Positions 13,596 through 43,197 of a stretch of DNA of 64,000 nt are shown here, piece by piece. The stretch's first letter is position 1, and every line of letters starts with the position of its first letter. Source of the stretch: Salpingoeca rosetta (Eukaryota; Protista; Choanoflagellata); assembly GCA_033442325.1 (NCBI GenBank), contig JAWQFM010000001.1, positions 1,897,479 to 1,961,478 of the forward strand, given 5' to 3'. The notes beneath the pieces are model-generated. The model made no database searches. It saw only the letters and a program-made list of their open reading frames with translations, and was not told where the DNA came from. Position numbers and translations under genes: made by a program.

Positions 13596-15158
13596 TGTGA
13601 GTATGTGTGTGTGTGTGTGTGCGCGCGCGTGTGAGACAGAGAGAGAGAGAGAGAGTGCGTGTGTGCATGTGTGTGTGTAAGCATGTGTATGTGTGCGAGT
13701 GAGTTTTTGCGTGCGTACGTGTTGATGCACAATGATGCTGCCAGCTCATACAAAGAAACACCCAGCCCCCACTCATCATACAACGTACGCACATGTGCAC
13801 AGCACTCACACGCAGCACAAGTAGTATTACACAACACATCACACACCAACATCCCCCCAACACACACACACACACAAAACATACGTGCTTTGACATGTGC
13901 TCAAACGCATCGATGGTGGTGCATGTAGCTGGGCAAGAGACGATGGTGGAAGGGGTGGCCAGGCGAATCTCGCGCAGGGACTTGTTGATGACGGGCTGCA
14001 GCTTGGGCAGGTTATCTGCCAGCACGCGCACGACGGCGCTCTGGGTGATGAGGTTGACAATGTTGTTGTCGTCATCCACCACAATCACGCGATGCACGTT
14101 CATCGTGCCCAGCAGCTTGCATGCATCCAGCAGTGAGCCCTTGTGCGACACAAGCTCCATGTCCTCCTGCAGATACAGGCCTACACGGACCACACAGAGT
14201 GCACACATACAGATACACAGACACGCATGTGCGTGAGACAGCTGAAATCTTGCGAGCGCAGCACGAGCAGACGCTGCTCGCAATCAACCACACGACTGGG
14301 CAACGAGGTACAAGAGGCAGAGGAGCGGTAATGTAACATAAAACAAAACACACAGAGAGAAACACAAGCACACTGGCCCGGACGCAACCATCATGCACAC
14401 AAACGGACAACAGGCATACGGGCAGAAGCAAAGACGCACAAAACACATCCGCTCTGACTCTTGTCGGGCTCACCACGCGCACCTACACAGACTGTCGCAC
14501 TCACACACACACACACTCCTTTTCGCGCCTCCTTCTCTTTCGTTCTCATGCACGGCCTCGTCTTCTCTCATGTCTCTCTGTCACATTTCAAGGACGAACT
14601 TGGCTGGGATTTGATTGGCTTTTGCACAATGGCGTCCAGGGCGACCAGGTCCTCCAGAACAGTGCGCTTGTCCTTGACGTTCGCCAGAGGGTGAAGGATT
14701 GTCCGCAGGATCGCGGACATGTCGATCAAGCCGACACAGCTGCGAGTATGATCAATGCATGAATGTGTGTGTGTGTGTGTGTGTGTGCGTGTGTGCGGGT
14801 GTGCATGTGTGTGTGTGTGTGTGCAACATCCACGGTGAGTGTCAGTGAAGGGGTTGCGCAGATGGGGTCGCCACCTCACACTGTGCATCCAACTTGTCGA
14901 ACAACAAGGGCGTACGTCAACAAAACTAGAGACAGATGAACGGTGGGATCAAAGCATTTTGACAGCAGCAGCATGCGCGCACCCACACATGGAAATGCAA
15001 ACAACGGCCACCGAAGAAGATCCACATGACAGACAGACGACAGATGGACAGACATTGACAGAGATACACAGACAGACATTGAAACACACACACATCCACA
15101 TCCACACAAGTGCACACATCCACATCCACATCCACATCCACATCCACACACACACACA

Positions 15159-15197
<39 letters not shown>

Positions 15198-15376
15198 AAA
15201 AGAGGCGCTCACCTTCCATCGTCCGAGAGCACGGGGGCGCACAGGATGTCGTTGGCAGAGAGCGTCTTGAGGGCAGATGCAATGGTGTCTGTTTCCTTCA
15301 CTGTGATGATTGCTTCAGGCGCAGGGAAGTTGGAGAGCGGATAGCTCTTGAGAAAAGCGATCGCTGTGCCAGCCAT
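12806..15376 (-). CDS. CBS-domain protein (four CBS repeats; SDS23/AMPK-gamma-like), spliced
   Basis: Exons: ITVKETDTIASALKTLSANDILCAPVL; CVGLIDMSAIL; SLLDACKLLGTMNVHRVIVVDDDNNIVNLITQSAVVRVL; VSAMPVLDDENRILGNVSVRSLR; IHRIYVEDEQGNLLRIVSLSDVL. Confidence 0.85.
13130..13290. repeat. Intronic compound AAC / ACTTAAATAACTTAA repeat
   Basis: caacaactacttaaataa occurs three times, interspersed with (AAC)n. Confidence 0.8.
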
Positions 15377-15887
15377 CTCGGAAGGTCTGTCGCTTCTTGT
15401 TTCCTCGACTTTTGCGTACAACAGCAGACAGGTGGTGCGTCGCTTGTTCCGTTGGGGGGGGTCTGTTCACCTCGATCAAGTTGCTTGAATCAACAACAAG
15501 GGGCTGTGATGAAGGGATGAAGGGTTGCTCGTCTTGCTTCTCTTGCTTCCTGCTTGTTGCTTGCGTCTTGTCGTTTTGTGAGTGTGTGTGACTGTGAGTT
15601 GAGTTGCAGGAGAGAAGAAAAAAAAAATAGCGAAGCAAGAAAACTGTCACGTTTGACGTGTGGGTGAAAAAGTTGAAAGTCTGAGGTTGGAATCCTACCC
15701 TCCTGCTGTTTTTTTATTCTGGTCGCTGTCCTCCAACATCGTGGGCGCGCCTGTGTTGTTGCTGTTGTTGCTGTTGCTGTTGATGTTGTTGTTGTGACAC
15801 ACACAGACAACAACTTTACAGCTCACTCTCCGCTCTCACCCAGTCACCCAGTCTCTGTCGCTTGCCATTTGAGCAAAAGGGACGACG

Positions 15888-21931
<6,044 letters not shown>

Positions 21932-21964
21932 TCACGTGTGCTGGTGTGTGTGTGTGTGTGTGCT

Positions 21965-22012
<48 letters not shown>

Positions 22013-23350
22013 TGTGTGTGTGTGTTGCTGTTGCGTTGTTTGTTTTTACCTCACTCTTCTCCCTTGCTTGACTGTCTGCGTTGTTATATTTGGCCACGAC
22101 ATACACAATTTTCCGCCCGTTGCTTGCGAACGTTTCCACCCACCCATCAACAACAACAACAATGCACGCACAACAACTACAGCCATTTTCTCACACACCA
22201 AATACACGAACAGCAAGCAAGCAAGGAACCAAGCGACCAACCAACAACATCTCCTGCCTGCACACGTTCACGCTCTTGGTGGGTATCCCTTCTCTGCCTC
22301 CTTTGCCTCTCCTTTGAACTTCTGTGCTGCCAAGTGGTTTTATTGTGAACCGCTTTGCGTTCCCCTTCCACTTGACTCTTTCTCCTGGTGCCACGAACCA
22401 GCCCATACCGTTCTGCGTGCCCCAAAGTGTTCCCATCATCAACCTTCTGCTCTTGTCGGTTGTGTTTGTTTACGTTTCAGCTTCCGGCTCTCTCTGTCTC
22501 TGTCTCTCTATCTCTGCCTCTGTCTCTCTGTCTCTCCGTCTCTCTGTCTCCCTGTCTCTCTGTCTCTATCTCTCTCGCCCGCCTGGGCATTCGTCCACAT
22601 CCCTCTTGTTCGCACATCACACTTTCCCTCTCGGTCTCATTTACCACACCCTGTCCAAATCTCTCCACCATGGCACCACCGCTCTTGGCACCCATCTCTC
22701 CCTCTGCCTCCTCTTACACAGCGTCTTGTTGCCGGCAACAACAATCGTTCTTGTTGCCTACACCAACGGCGCCACCCACCCCACCACGTCAACTTGCCCC
22801 TCCGCTGTGCTCACCTCCTTTTCATGCGTCCCATCCTTCTCCTCCTCCACCATCACCAGCCACAAGTGCCGCGTCACACTTGCCGACGCCTTCGCCAGCG
22901 TCACCACGCCAGCGCCAAGGAAGCCCGAAGCAGCGCCGCCGCAACAACCGCGGGCGCCGTCACCACAACAACCGTTGCCGCAATCGCAACCGCCGCTGCC
23001 ACAGCAACCGGCAACATCGTTGTCTGCGCCCTGTTGAACCCACAACCACAGCCACAACCACAGCCACCGCCACCCGTACACGCCAACATTCCGCTCACAC
23101 GCACTTCGTTTGTGCCTCTGTTCCCTTTGAACACCAATCCGCCTTGACACCCGCTCTGTTGTCACCCTCAACCACATCTGCACCACCGCACCCCCACTTC
23201 TCATCACCTCCACCACCCCCACCACCCCCACCACCACCGCTCGGCCCGCAAACTTGCTGTTGTGCGCCCAAGGCCGGTTCTTGGGGTGAGACACACGCCA
23301 TCCAAGACGCGCCCGACCCCACGCCGCAGGTAACAACTGAGTGCGTTGCG

Positions 23351-24244
23351 ATGGAGGGTACCCAGTGCCATCATCAGTCTTCCGCTGACACATCATCACT
23401 CCGGACCACATCCGATCCCCAGCATGACAAGGAGTGGGATGCCTCTGCCCCGCGCCGCATGGCGTCCCCGCGCATGGGCGGCCGCAAGACATACGGCAAC
23501 AAGCGCGCGCATGGCAAGCGCAAGCCGCGCCGATGGAAGCCCTACGCCGAGCTGACGTGGGAGGAGCGCCGCGACCTGGTGGAGCGGGAGGCGCAGCAGG
23601 CCGACGCCGCCAACACGGCCGCCCTCTCCCGCTTGCAGAAGAGCACCACAAAGGGCACCGTTGCCTTGCCAATTGCACCGCGCCTGACGGGAGCAACCAT
23701 CATGGACGAGCGCGAGGAGCGCCTCGGCCTCGCTCGGCTGACATCCCAGGACCACGGCGATAGCGAAGACGACGACAGCTACCATCACCAGCAGCAGCAG
23801 CAGCGGCAGCAGCGCGAGGCAAGCAAGTCGCAGCACGCTGACGCGACGCAGATGGACGGCAGCATGGATGCCCACGCGGGCCCGGACATGGCAACGACGC
23901 CAGCAGGCGCAAGGATGGATGAAGGTATGGACACGCGCGCATCGGAAGCAACGGCGGCGATGGATGGGCCGGCGTCGCCCGCGGACTCATCTGAGGAGGA
24001 CGAGTTTGAGGAGGCGTTTGAAGACTGCATGCACGAGGATTACGGCGCCATGTCACGGGAAGAGCTGATTGCCCGCTTGCAGGAAAAGGACGCGCAAGTC
24101 TCCACACTTGAGCGCAGGCTCTCCCAGGCGCAACAAGAACAGCAAGGGCAAGAGCAAGATCAGCAGCAGCAGCAGCAGCAGCATCAACAGCAGCAGCAGC
24201 AGCAGCATCAACAAGGAGGCGCTGTTGTGGGCGAGTCTGCGTAA
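23351..24244 (+). CDS. HEXIM: HEXIM homolog (P-TEFb inhibitor family), intronless
   Basis: Basic region KRAHGKRKPRRWKPYAELTWEERR (HEXIM1 KKKRHWKPYYKLTWEEKK); PIAPRLTGATIMDE (PVAPYNTTQFLMDD); acidic region then FEEAFEDCMHEDYGAMSREELI (FSETYERYHTESLQNMSKQELI) and a coiled coil. Start codon choice is tentative. Confidence 0.88.
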   Translation: MEGTQCHHQSSADTSSLRTTSDPQHDKEWDASAPRRMASPRMGGRKTYGNKRAHGKRKPRRWKPYAELTWEERRDLVEREAQQADAANTAALSRLQKSTTKGTVALPIAPRLTGATIMDEREERLGLARLTSQDHGDSEDDDSYHHQQQQQRQQREASKSQHADATQMDGSMDAHAGPDMATTPAGARMDEGMDTRASEATAAMDGPASPADSSEEDEFEEAFEDCMHEDYGAMSREELIARLQEKDAQVSTLERRLSQAQQEQQGQEQDQQQQQQQHQQQQQQQHQQGGAVVGESA

Positions 24245-25997
24245 GACCAGCACGCCTTGGGTGCTTGATTACATTATGCCTTCTCTCCTCCCTTTTGGAC
24301 CATTCTTGAATCCCTCGTGGGCTTTGTTGTTCTTCTCTCATGTCTATTCTCTCCACCTTTATACACGCACACGGCACACCGTGCACTCAGCGCTCACGCT
24401 TTGACCCACGCGTGGCAATATCTGATGTTGCTCCTTGCATGGCGCGGCACATGCGGAGCAGCAGCTTCAGCAGTGCTCCTTGCAGCCCTGGCCTGCACAG
24501 CCGTCGCGTGGCGACGTGTGGGTGGCAGCGGTGGTCGTGCTTGCACTTGCACGGTTGGGCGAACCGCCGTGCGGGTTGGCTTGACCTCCCCTTGCCCCTT
24601 GTCCACCGCGCAAGCTGCGTGAGTGCAGTTGCTGCTTGTTGTGGGTAAGAAGCCATGAAGCGTGCATGTTGTGAGGCATGTCCTCTCTTGCCGTTGTTGC
24701 GTGTGTCAATGCTTCTTTGCGCTTCGCTGTCAAGCATGCATGCACAGTCATTGCGGGGACAAGCACGGCCCTTGCCCTTGCCCTTGCGGCGTCGCTGGCT
24801 GCCTGACCGGTATTGTTTCCCTGTTGATGGCAAGCAGGTGTTGGTTGTGCCATTGTTCATGTGCGTGTTTGTGTGCGCTTGTGCGTGTTTGTATTTGTTC
24901 GCTTGGTTGGTGCTTAATTTGTATGTTTGTATGATTGCATGTACGTCTACGTGTCTTTTGTTTTGTTTTTGTTCGTTTGTTCCTTTTCGTTTCTTTGTAC
25001 TTGATTTCTTTTCTGTGTTCTCCCACGTGTGCGGCAGGCCTTCTCTCACTCGCTTTCTTACCCCTCCTCACGTTGTCTGTCTCTGTCACCCTTCAACTTT
25101 GTTTCTATCCCTGTATTCTGTATGTTGTCACATCATACATGCACTTCTGTGTGATTGTCCTTGGTGTCCGTGCATGCATGGCAGTTTGCACAGCAGCACG
25201 CAGGTGCGTGCGTGCAGTGGCGTGGCCCCTGGCCCTGTTCACTGCGCCAGCGCAGCGCCAACCACGATCGACCACGCCGCCAATAGACCAACCAACCAGC
25301 CAGTTGCAGGCTGGTGCTGCCGGTTGTTGGGTGTGCGTGGTTTGTATCAGTTTGTCTCCCGCGTTGTTGTCGCTCTTCCTTGTCTGAACAACAGAAATCA
25401 CGCGCAGGTCGCGTGCCGTCATTGTCTCCATGATGGCTTTGTCTCTCACCAATATAATGTCAACAGAACCAACAGAACCAACACAACCAACCACTTGTGA
25501 CTTTGTTGGGTGGAGGGAGGGAGGATGAGACAGATGAGTCTTGCTTGCTTCTTGCTTGCTTGCTTGCTTGCTTGCTTGAGAGGAGCACAAAACCCATGAA
25601 AATTAAAGTTGCATGGAATCCGCTGTGCGTTGGAGTATTGCCACACCCCTTCTTCGCAAAACAACCCCACCCACCTGCGCACTTGCCAGCCGACTGTTGT
25701 AGTTCCTCCCTTCCCGCCCACGACAGACTTGCTCCCATTCAAACAGTCGCTCGCCGACACACGCAGGCAGCCAAGAGCTAGCAGCAGCGCGAACCCTAGC
25801 AGGGAGCATCACCCCCTCCCCCTTTGCGTGTGCGTGCGCGTGTGTGGCGTAGTTTGTCACTGTCTCGTGGGGCAGTCGATTGAGAGAGACTGCGAGCACC
25901 GCTGTGCACGCTGGTGTCTGTCCTGCCGTCTGCTTGTGACGATCTGCGCGCACTGTGAGGACCACTTGGAGGAGACAACACAAGCGCCAGCATCGCC

Positions 25998-36629
<10,632 letters not shown>

Positions 36630-37010
36630 TGAACACGTGTGTGTGTGTGTGTGATCGTGTGTTTGTGTGTGATCGTGACTCTGTGTGTGTGCGAATGGAG
36701 TGTGACTATGTGTGTGTGTATGAACATGTAGCGCGAGTGCTGTTGTGAGTGTATCTGTGGGGATGTGCACATGTGTGAATCGCTGTGGTTTTGATTTGAC
36801 ACGACTGGTTGATTCATTGATTGTCACGGTGAGCGTGTGGCATGGATGGGTGAGCCATTTTGTACATGCTTTTGTTTGGTTTCAACATTTCCTTCCCATT
36901 GAGTTGTGTGCACTCCTGATGATGATAATGGATGGCACAAAGTGACAAACACGCGATCCGTTGAGAAGTCACATCCCAAGCACACACACACACACAGACA
37001 CACACACACA

Positions 37011-37051
<41 letters not shown>

Positions 37052-37319
37052 AGACACTTATGGTGGTTGCTCATTGTAGATGAGAGGGTGAGTGGTTTAC
37101 TGGTGGCGCCAAGGCCTTGCTCAACATCAAGTCGCAACACAGTCAACGCGACAACAGCAATACGGAGAACTCACAGATGAGGTAGGTAGGGGAGCACGGA
37201 ACACATGTGGAAGAAGGGGCGAACGCAAGAGGAGAGGATGCAAACGTGTTTTTGTTGTTGTTGTTGTTGTTGGGGGGGGGGGGGGGATATGAATTTGAGA
37301 GGAGGGGGACAGGAAGAGT

Positions 37320-38511
37320 TTACGACTCATCCTTTGCGCCGTGCTTCAGCACACGCGTGTATTCTCTGTAGTCGAACTTTCCATCGCTGTCAATGGGCGC
37401 TCCTCTGAACATTTCGTCCACTTCCTCGTCTGTGAACCGGTCTCCCATCGTCGTCAGCAACTCACGCAGCCTTTGTGTTGCGTTGTGTTGCGTTGTGTGT
37501 GTGTGTGTGTGTGTGAGTTGCAGGACAGCTCATCGTAGCACAGACGTCACACATGTTGGTGGCACTTGATAATGTTCGCTCGCACACAAGCGAAGTGTAG
37601 TGTAGTGCAGTGCAGCGCAGTGAATGAGTGAGCGGCAGTTGCAAACGAGTGCGCACAAGCAGGGCAGGCGCAAAATGGGGCGGTGACGCTTACTTGTCCT
37701 CATCTATTTTGCCCGTGCCTTCCGGGTCGAAGCATGCGAATGCGTTCTTGATCACGTCTTCTGGATCATACCCGGTCATCTTGTCGCCGAAGAGCGTGAG
37801 GAACATGGTGAAGTTGAGCTTGCTTGGGTTTGGTGCCTCGCTCAGCATCTTCATGATCTGTGCGTCATCAGGCACTTGACCTGTGTGTGTGTGTGTGTTT
37901 GTACATGTGTTGTGTGTGTGTGTGTGTGAGGGGTTAGGTTAATGTGTGAGGCAGCACGTACATGTGTGCACGCTTGTTTGAGAGTTTGTGTTGCGTTGCG
38001 TGTGTTGTTTGTTGTGTGTCGTTTGGTGAGCAGCCCCCAACAAAAAGGCAGAGAATGGACGCACCGAGGGAGGAGTACATCTCCCGCAGATCCTCCTCGT
38101 CGACGACGCCGTTGTGGTTTTGGTCAATCATGCTGAAGGCCTCCTTGAACTCCTGGATCTGTGCCTCGTCAAACATGGCAAACACATTGGACGTGGCCCG
38201 CTGCACGCGGCGCTTCCTTGTACGACGAGCAGCCTGTGCGTGATGCAATGCGTGTGTGTGTGTGTGAGTGAGTTATTGTGCGTGTGTGAGTGTGTGTGTG
38301 TGAGTGTGTGAGAGTTATTGTGTGTGTGTGTGTGTGTGTGTGTGCCGGGTCAAGTGTTTGTTTGTGTGCTCACGCACACGCACACACACACATGTGCCGG
38401 CATGATCTGCGATGCATGCACGATTGATTGGCTGACATGAACATGGTTGTTTGAGTGGCCGTGGCCGGCTACAACACACACACTCTCTCTCGCATACACA
38501 CAACACACCAT
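37320..38511 (-). CDS. Myosin II regulatory light chain (non-muscle type), 4 coding exons
   Basis: ATG at 38511-38509 then intron; exon 38233-38063 [39 protein letters not shown]; exon ~37880-37694 [30 protein letters not shown]; last exon [49 protein letters not shown]. Confidence 0.95.
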
Positions 38512-39542
38512 GGTTTGAAGCTGTGGTGTAGATGCAAAAGGAGGGAGAGCTTGCTTGCTTGCTTGCTTGCTTGGGAAGGTCGAGGAAGGACGGCTGACTG
38601 GCTGGCTGTGTAGCTTTTGTGTGTTTGCTTGCTTGCTTGCTTGCTTGCTTGCTGTTTGGTTGTCGCAAATGGATGGTTGGTTGGTGAAAACCGTTGCTCG
38701 CTGGCTCGCTGGCTGGCTGGCTGTGGTTTTTTTTCCTTTTTTGCCTTCGGCGACCACCTGGACTGAAGTCAGTCGACTGGTGCATATTTTATTCTTCCCA
38801 AGCGTGTGATTCCATGTGCATTTAGTTGTATTGCAGTAAGAGCGCCTGACGTGTCGCAACTGTTCAGGCTGGGCGGTGCCATCGCGAGCAAGAAGCATAG
38901 CCGGCAGGCAAGCAAGAAGAGGCGCAACCGCCACCAGCCAGCCAGTCTGTCACAGGAAGCTTGTGCGTGCTGTGAACCCAGCGCGACAGCACCTTGGGTG
39001 CAAAAACCAAAACAAAGGAACACAAGCACACAAGGTTTGTTGTTGCGAGATCTGCGCGTCGTCGGGCGGTGTATGGTTGGAGGTGGGATTGCATGACACG
39101 ACAAAAGGAAACAAGGCAAGACAGGGAGTCAGGAAGGAAGGAAGGTTGCAAGCACCATGTGATGTGCCATGGCACATGAGTGATTCGCGCGTATGTGGTT
39201 TTGTTTTGTGATTGAGATGGTGTTGTGACGTGGCTGCAAGTCGTGTCTTTTCGGGTCGTGGCTGCGCGCCGCACGCAGCCACTTGTCATACACACAACTG
39301 ACCGCCTGTGTGCATACATGTTATTATTGTTGTGTAACGTCACAACGGCTGGCACACGAAGGACAGTCCACGTCAACAGGTCAACGTCAACAGCACACTC
39401 AAGCTCACCCTCACACCCCTCCCTCCCTCATTGTTCCCTTGCCTCCTTCTGTTCCACCACCACCACGCGCATTTTGCAATCCAACGCGCGCACACAGAGA
39501 GTGTAGCTGGGACGGAACCGACACGATCGCGGCGCTGGAACC

Positions 39543-41345
39543 ATGCAGTATGGAGGAGGGTATGGCCCTCACTTCACAAACGCACCAAACCCGGGCATGC
39601 TGGATTACACGCCATCTTCGACCATGACCGCCATGGGCCAACCAGGTCAAACGGCACCGGCACAGGGCGTGGCCCACCACCAGCAGCTCATGCACATGCA
39701 GTCCATGCCGTCCATGCAAACGATGCAAACAATGCACGCCATGCACCCAATGCAGATGGGCCACATGCAGCTGCAGCCACAACACGTTCTCCCCTGGGCC
39801 ATGCAACCGCCAATCAGCAACATGATGCACGCCGGCATGGCTTCGCAAGTGCCCATGCACATGCAGTCCATGGCAGGCGCAGGCGGCGGTGACGGAAGTG
39901 GTGGTGCCTTGACTGCCGCCTCCCACGCAATGGGCCACCAACGCCACCACCAATACCAATCCGTGTACATGCACCCACATCCCACATACCCGGCCGCCAT
40001 TGGCACCAACGCTTACAGCAGCGCTGTCAACGGCGGCCACCAGCGCCACAGCAGCAAGCACCACCAGCACCAACACCAATCACCGCACGGCATCACACAG
40101 GTCTCCACATCCACATCCACACCACCCGCACCCACCACCAACACCACTACCGCCGCTGCCGCAGCCACCGCAACAGAGGGCAGCCATCAGCCGGCCGTCA
40201 AGCAGGAGCGCGGTCGTGTCCCCACCAAACCGCGGCTTCGTGCTACCTCCGGTCCGCGTTCAAGTCATGCCTCGAGCCGATCGTCCCGAGCACAGACGCC
40301 CACGCCAACACGGCTTGCTGCTGGTGGCACTGCCACGGCGCCCAGCGCTGCCACCGCTGCCGCCACTTCTACGCCCGCTGCAACTGCCGTGCCACCGCGA
40401 TCGGTGGTGTGGTTCCAGGTGTTCACGCACACGGGCCAAGCTGCCACAGAGGAAACCAAGGTGGAGGTGGGCCCGGCCACCCAGACGCTGGACGACCTGA
40501 AAGAGGCCATTGCCGCCAAAATGCCGCAGGTGGTGGAGTGCCCGCCGTCGGCCCTTCGCCTCAGCCAATGCGGCGAAGCTCTCAGTCCCCGCGCGCTCGT
40601 GTCAGCCGTCATTGCCAGATCGTTCGACAACCCCATTGTCGCCACCCTGCCCGCTCCTCACCACGCTGGTCGGTCATCACAGTGAACCTGTTTCGGTCCA
40701 CGTCATTGCTTTGTTTTTTTCCGCCTTGTGCCTCTTCTTCCACTTGCCTCCTCTGCCCTTGCCCCCCCTCTCCCTCCTTCTTGATCCATTTTGCTCCGCA
40801 GCCGTCCGCACCACATCCCATGCACACGCCCCCACCACAGCGCCAGCAGCGAGCTCCTTGACCCGTGAACCTTCGGTGCAGAAGTGTTGTTTCGTGAGCG
40901 TGAACGCCTATGACTCAGCGACTCTTGTGTGGTGCCGCTCTTGACCCACACTGCAGTGGTTGTTGTCAGACGCGCCCTCCTCTCCCTCTCCCTCTGCTTC
41001 TGTTGCTTCTTTGTTCGTCTCCGTTCTTTGCTTTGTTTCCCCTCTCCCTTTCTACTTCCCTTCTTCCCTTCTTCCCTTCTTCCCTTCTTCCCTTCTTCCC
41101 TTCTTCCCTTCTTCCCTTTCTTCCTTCACACGTTACACTATCCTGTCACACGTCTCCCGCACACGCACCCTGCTTTCCACATCCACTGTCGTGGAGGGTG
41201 ACCGTACGTTCTGCGCCGCTTCGCTTGTTTCATTGTGTTTTGCTCTGCGTGCATGCAAGCAGCGTGCACAGGCACAAACGCACATATGCGCATGGTTGTG
41301 TCTGTGTTTGCGTGCAGTAGCGTGAGCTCGCTCGCTGGCGCCCCC

Positions 41346-41380
<35 letters not shown>

Positions 41381-43166
41381 CATGCATTGTAACATGTATT
41401 TCCACCATTGCTCGCGTATTCTCATCATATGTCACCATGGCCATGCATGGCGTACACACACATACACATGTCCTACATGCGATTGGTCTCTGCCTTTTCC
41501 GCTGCTGTTTCTTCCCACGATGACCACCCTCGCTCTTGTTCTTAGACGCACCGTCCGTATCCTCAACGCCTGCCGACGCCTCTGCGAGCACCATCCACCT
41601 GCCCTCCCGCATCAACTCTGTCGGCGAGTCTGTGACGTGGGGCCGCAAGCTGTGGGACGCCGGCGTGCGCACCATGGCCGACGCCACGGCCCGCGGCATT
41701 GTCATTCGCCCCAAGCGGCTGTGGCGGCTTGTTCGTTGGGCCAAGGCCTACCTGGCCTGCCCGTCGCGCTTCACAAAAGAGATTGAGGCGCTGCCGCCGG
41801 CGTCTGCTGCCGCCCGTTCGCTGTGCGACGAGCTCGTGCCACCAAATCCAAAGCACAACGGACAGCCAAGCAAGGCCCGGAAATGGCTCCTCCAGGGCAA
41901 GACAAAGCGAGGTGTGTGTATGTGTGTGTTGTGCGTGCGTGTGTGCGTGCGTCTGTCTGCGTGCGTGCGTGCGTGCGTCTGTCTGTGTGTGTGTTGTGTG
42001 TGTGTGCTCGTGTTGTGTGGCGCTCGTGTTTTGTTGCGTGCATCCATGCGAGCAGTGCGCGTGTTTGCTTGTGCGCGTGTTTGCTTGTGCGCGTGTTTGC
42101 TTGTGCGCGTGTCTGTGCCCTCGCGCTGTTCAACCAACTGACCGCTCGCTCACTTTCTGGCCGTGGTTTAACAGAACCGCGCAAGAAGTCCATGGACAGA
42201 CCAGGTCTCGGCATCATCACGCCGGAACAGAAGAGTACGATCAGGAATGCTTGCTCAGCACGCTTTTTCTTCTTGCTGCTCCACCACCACTACCACCACC
42301 ACTATGACATGCCCGCACGCGTGCGCGGCTTAACTTCTCTGCCGTCTTGTCTGGTGCATGTTGTGACAAACCATGTGCACCTTCCACCCTTTCCTCTTCC
42401 CATGCTGCTGCTCATGCTGTTGCTGCAGAGCGAATTATGGCGTTAGCACCCCCGGCTCTCGCCAATCATTTTCTCTCCTACAGCCTCGACCACGACCAAT
42501 TGTGCGTGTGTTGTGTATGTGTGTGCATTTGTGTGTGTGTGTTCAGTGCCGATCTCTTGCCCCCCTCCCTTTCTTTGCTGGTCAGTTACATGCATGTGGC
42601 TCCTGGTTGCTTTGAGGTCACTTGTTCTTGCTGATCCCTTTCCTCCTCGACACACTCGCTGATGCTCCTCACACGCCCTCCCCACCGCACCCCTTCCACT
42701 CGCACGCATGCTCGCACGGCTGTGCAGTTTCTACACGCATCGCACGACAGGGCGTGTTTTCTGGCTGCCGAGCCCTCTCGCAGCAGCCGCCGACAACGAC
42801 CCGTCCGCGTCCTCCTCATCTTCCGCAGCGCAAACCCCTTCCATGCACACAGGTGTCCTGCACCCCGCTGGCATGAACCCGGGAAGCATGGGCCTGCCGC
42901 TGGGGCCCTTCCCCATGTCGCCGGTGTACCCTGCAATGCAGATGGGCACTGCTGTCGGGCCACCGCTTCATGCGCCCTCGAGCACAGCGCCGCCGCCGTC
43001 AGCCCCCGTCGCTGTTCACGCGGCCAATGCCAACGGCGGCGATGGCAGCACGCCCGCGAAGCGAGCAAAGCTGTTGTCCGGTGCAAGTGGCGCCCAGCCA
43101 CAACAGAGCAAGCACACAGACGACGACGACGATGATGACGATGATGATGATGATGATGACGACGAC

Positions 43167-43197
<31 letters not shown>

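Noticed and set aside
22388-23350. N-terminal extension of the 618-aa ORF upstream of HEXIM
   Set aside because: Low-complexity CT/CCA-rich sequence without HEXIM similarity; more likely UTR or promoter, though an upstream start cannot be excluded.
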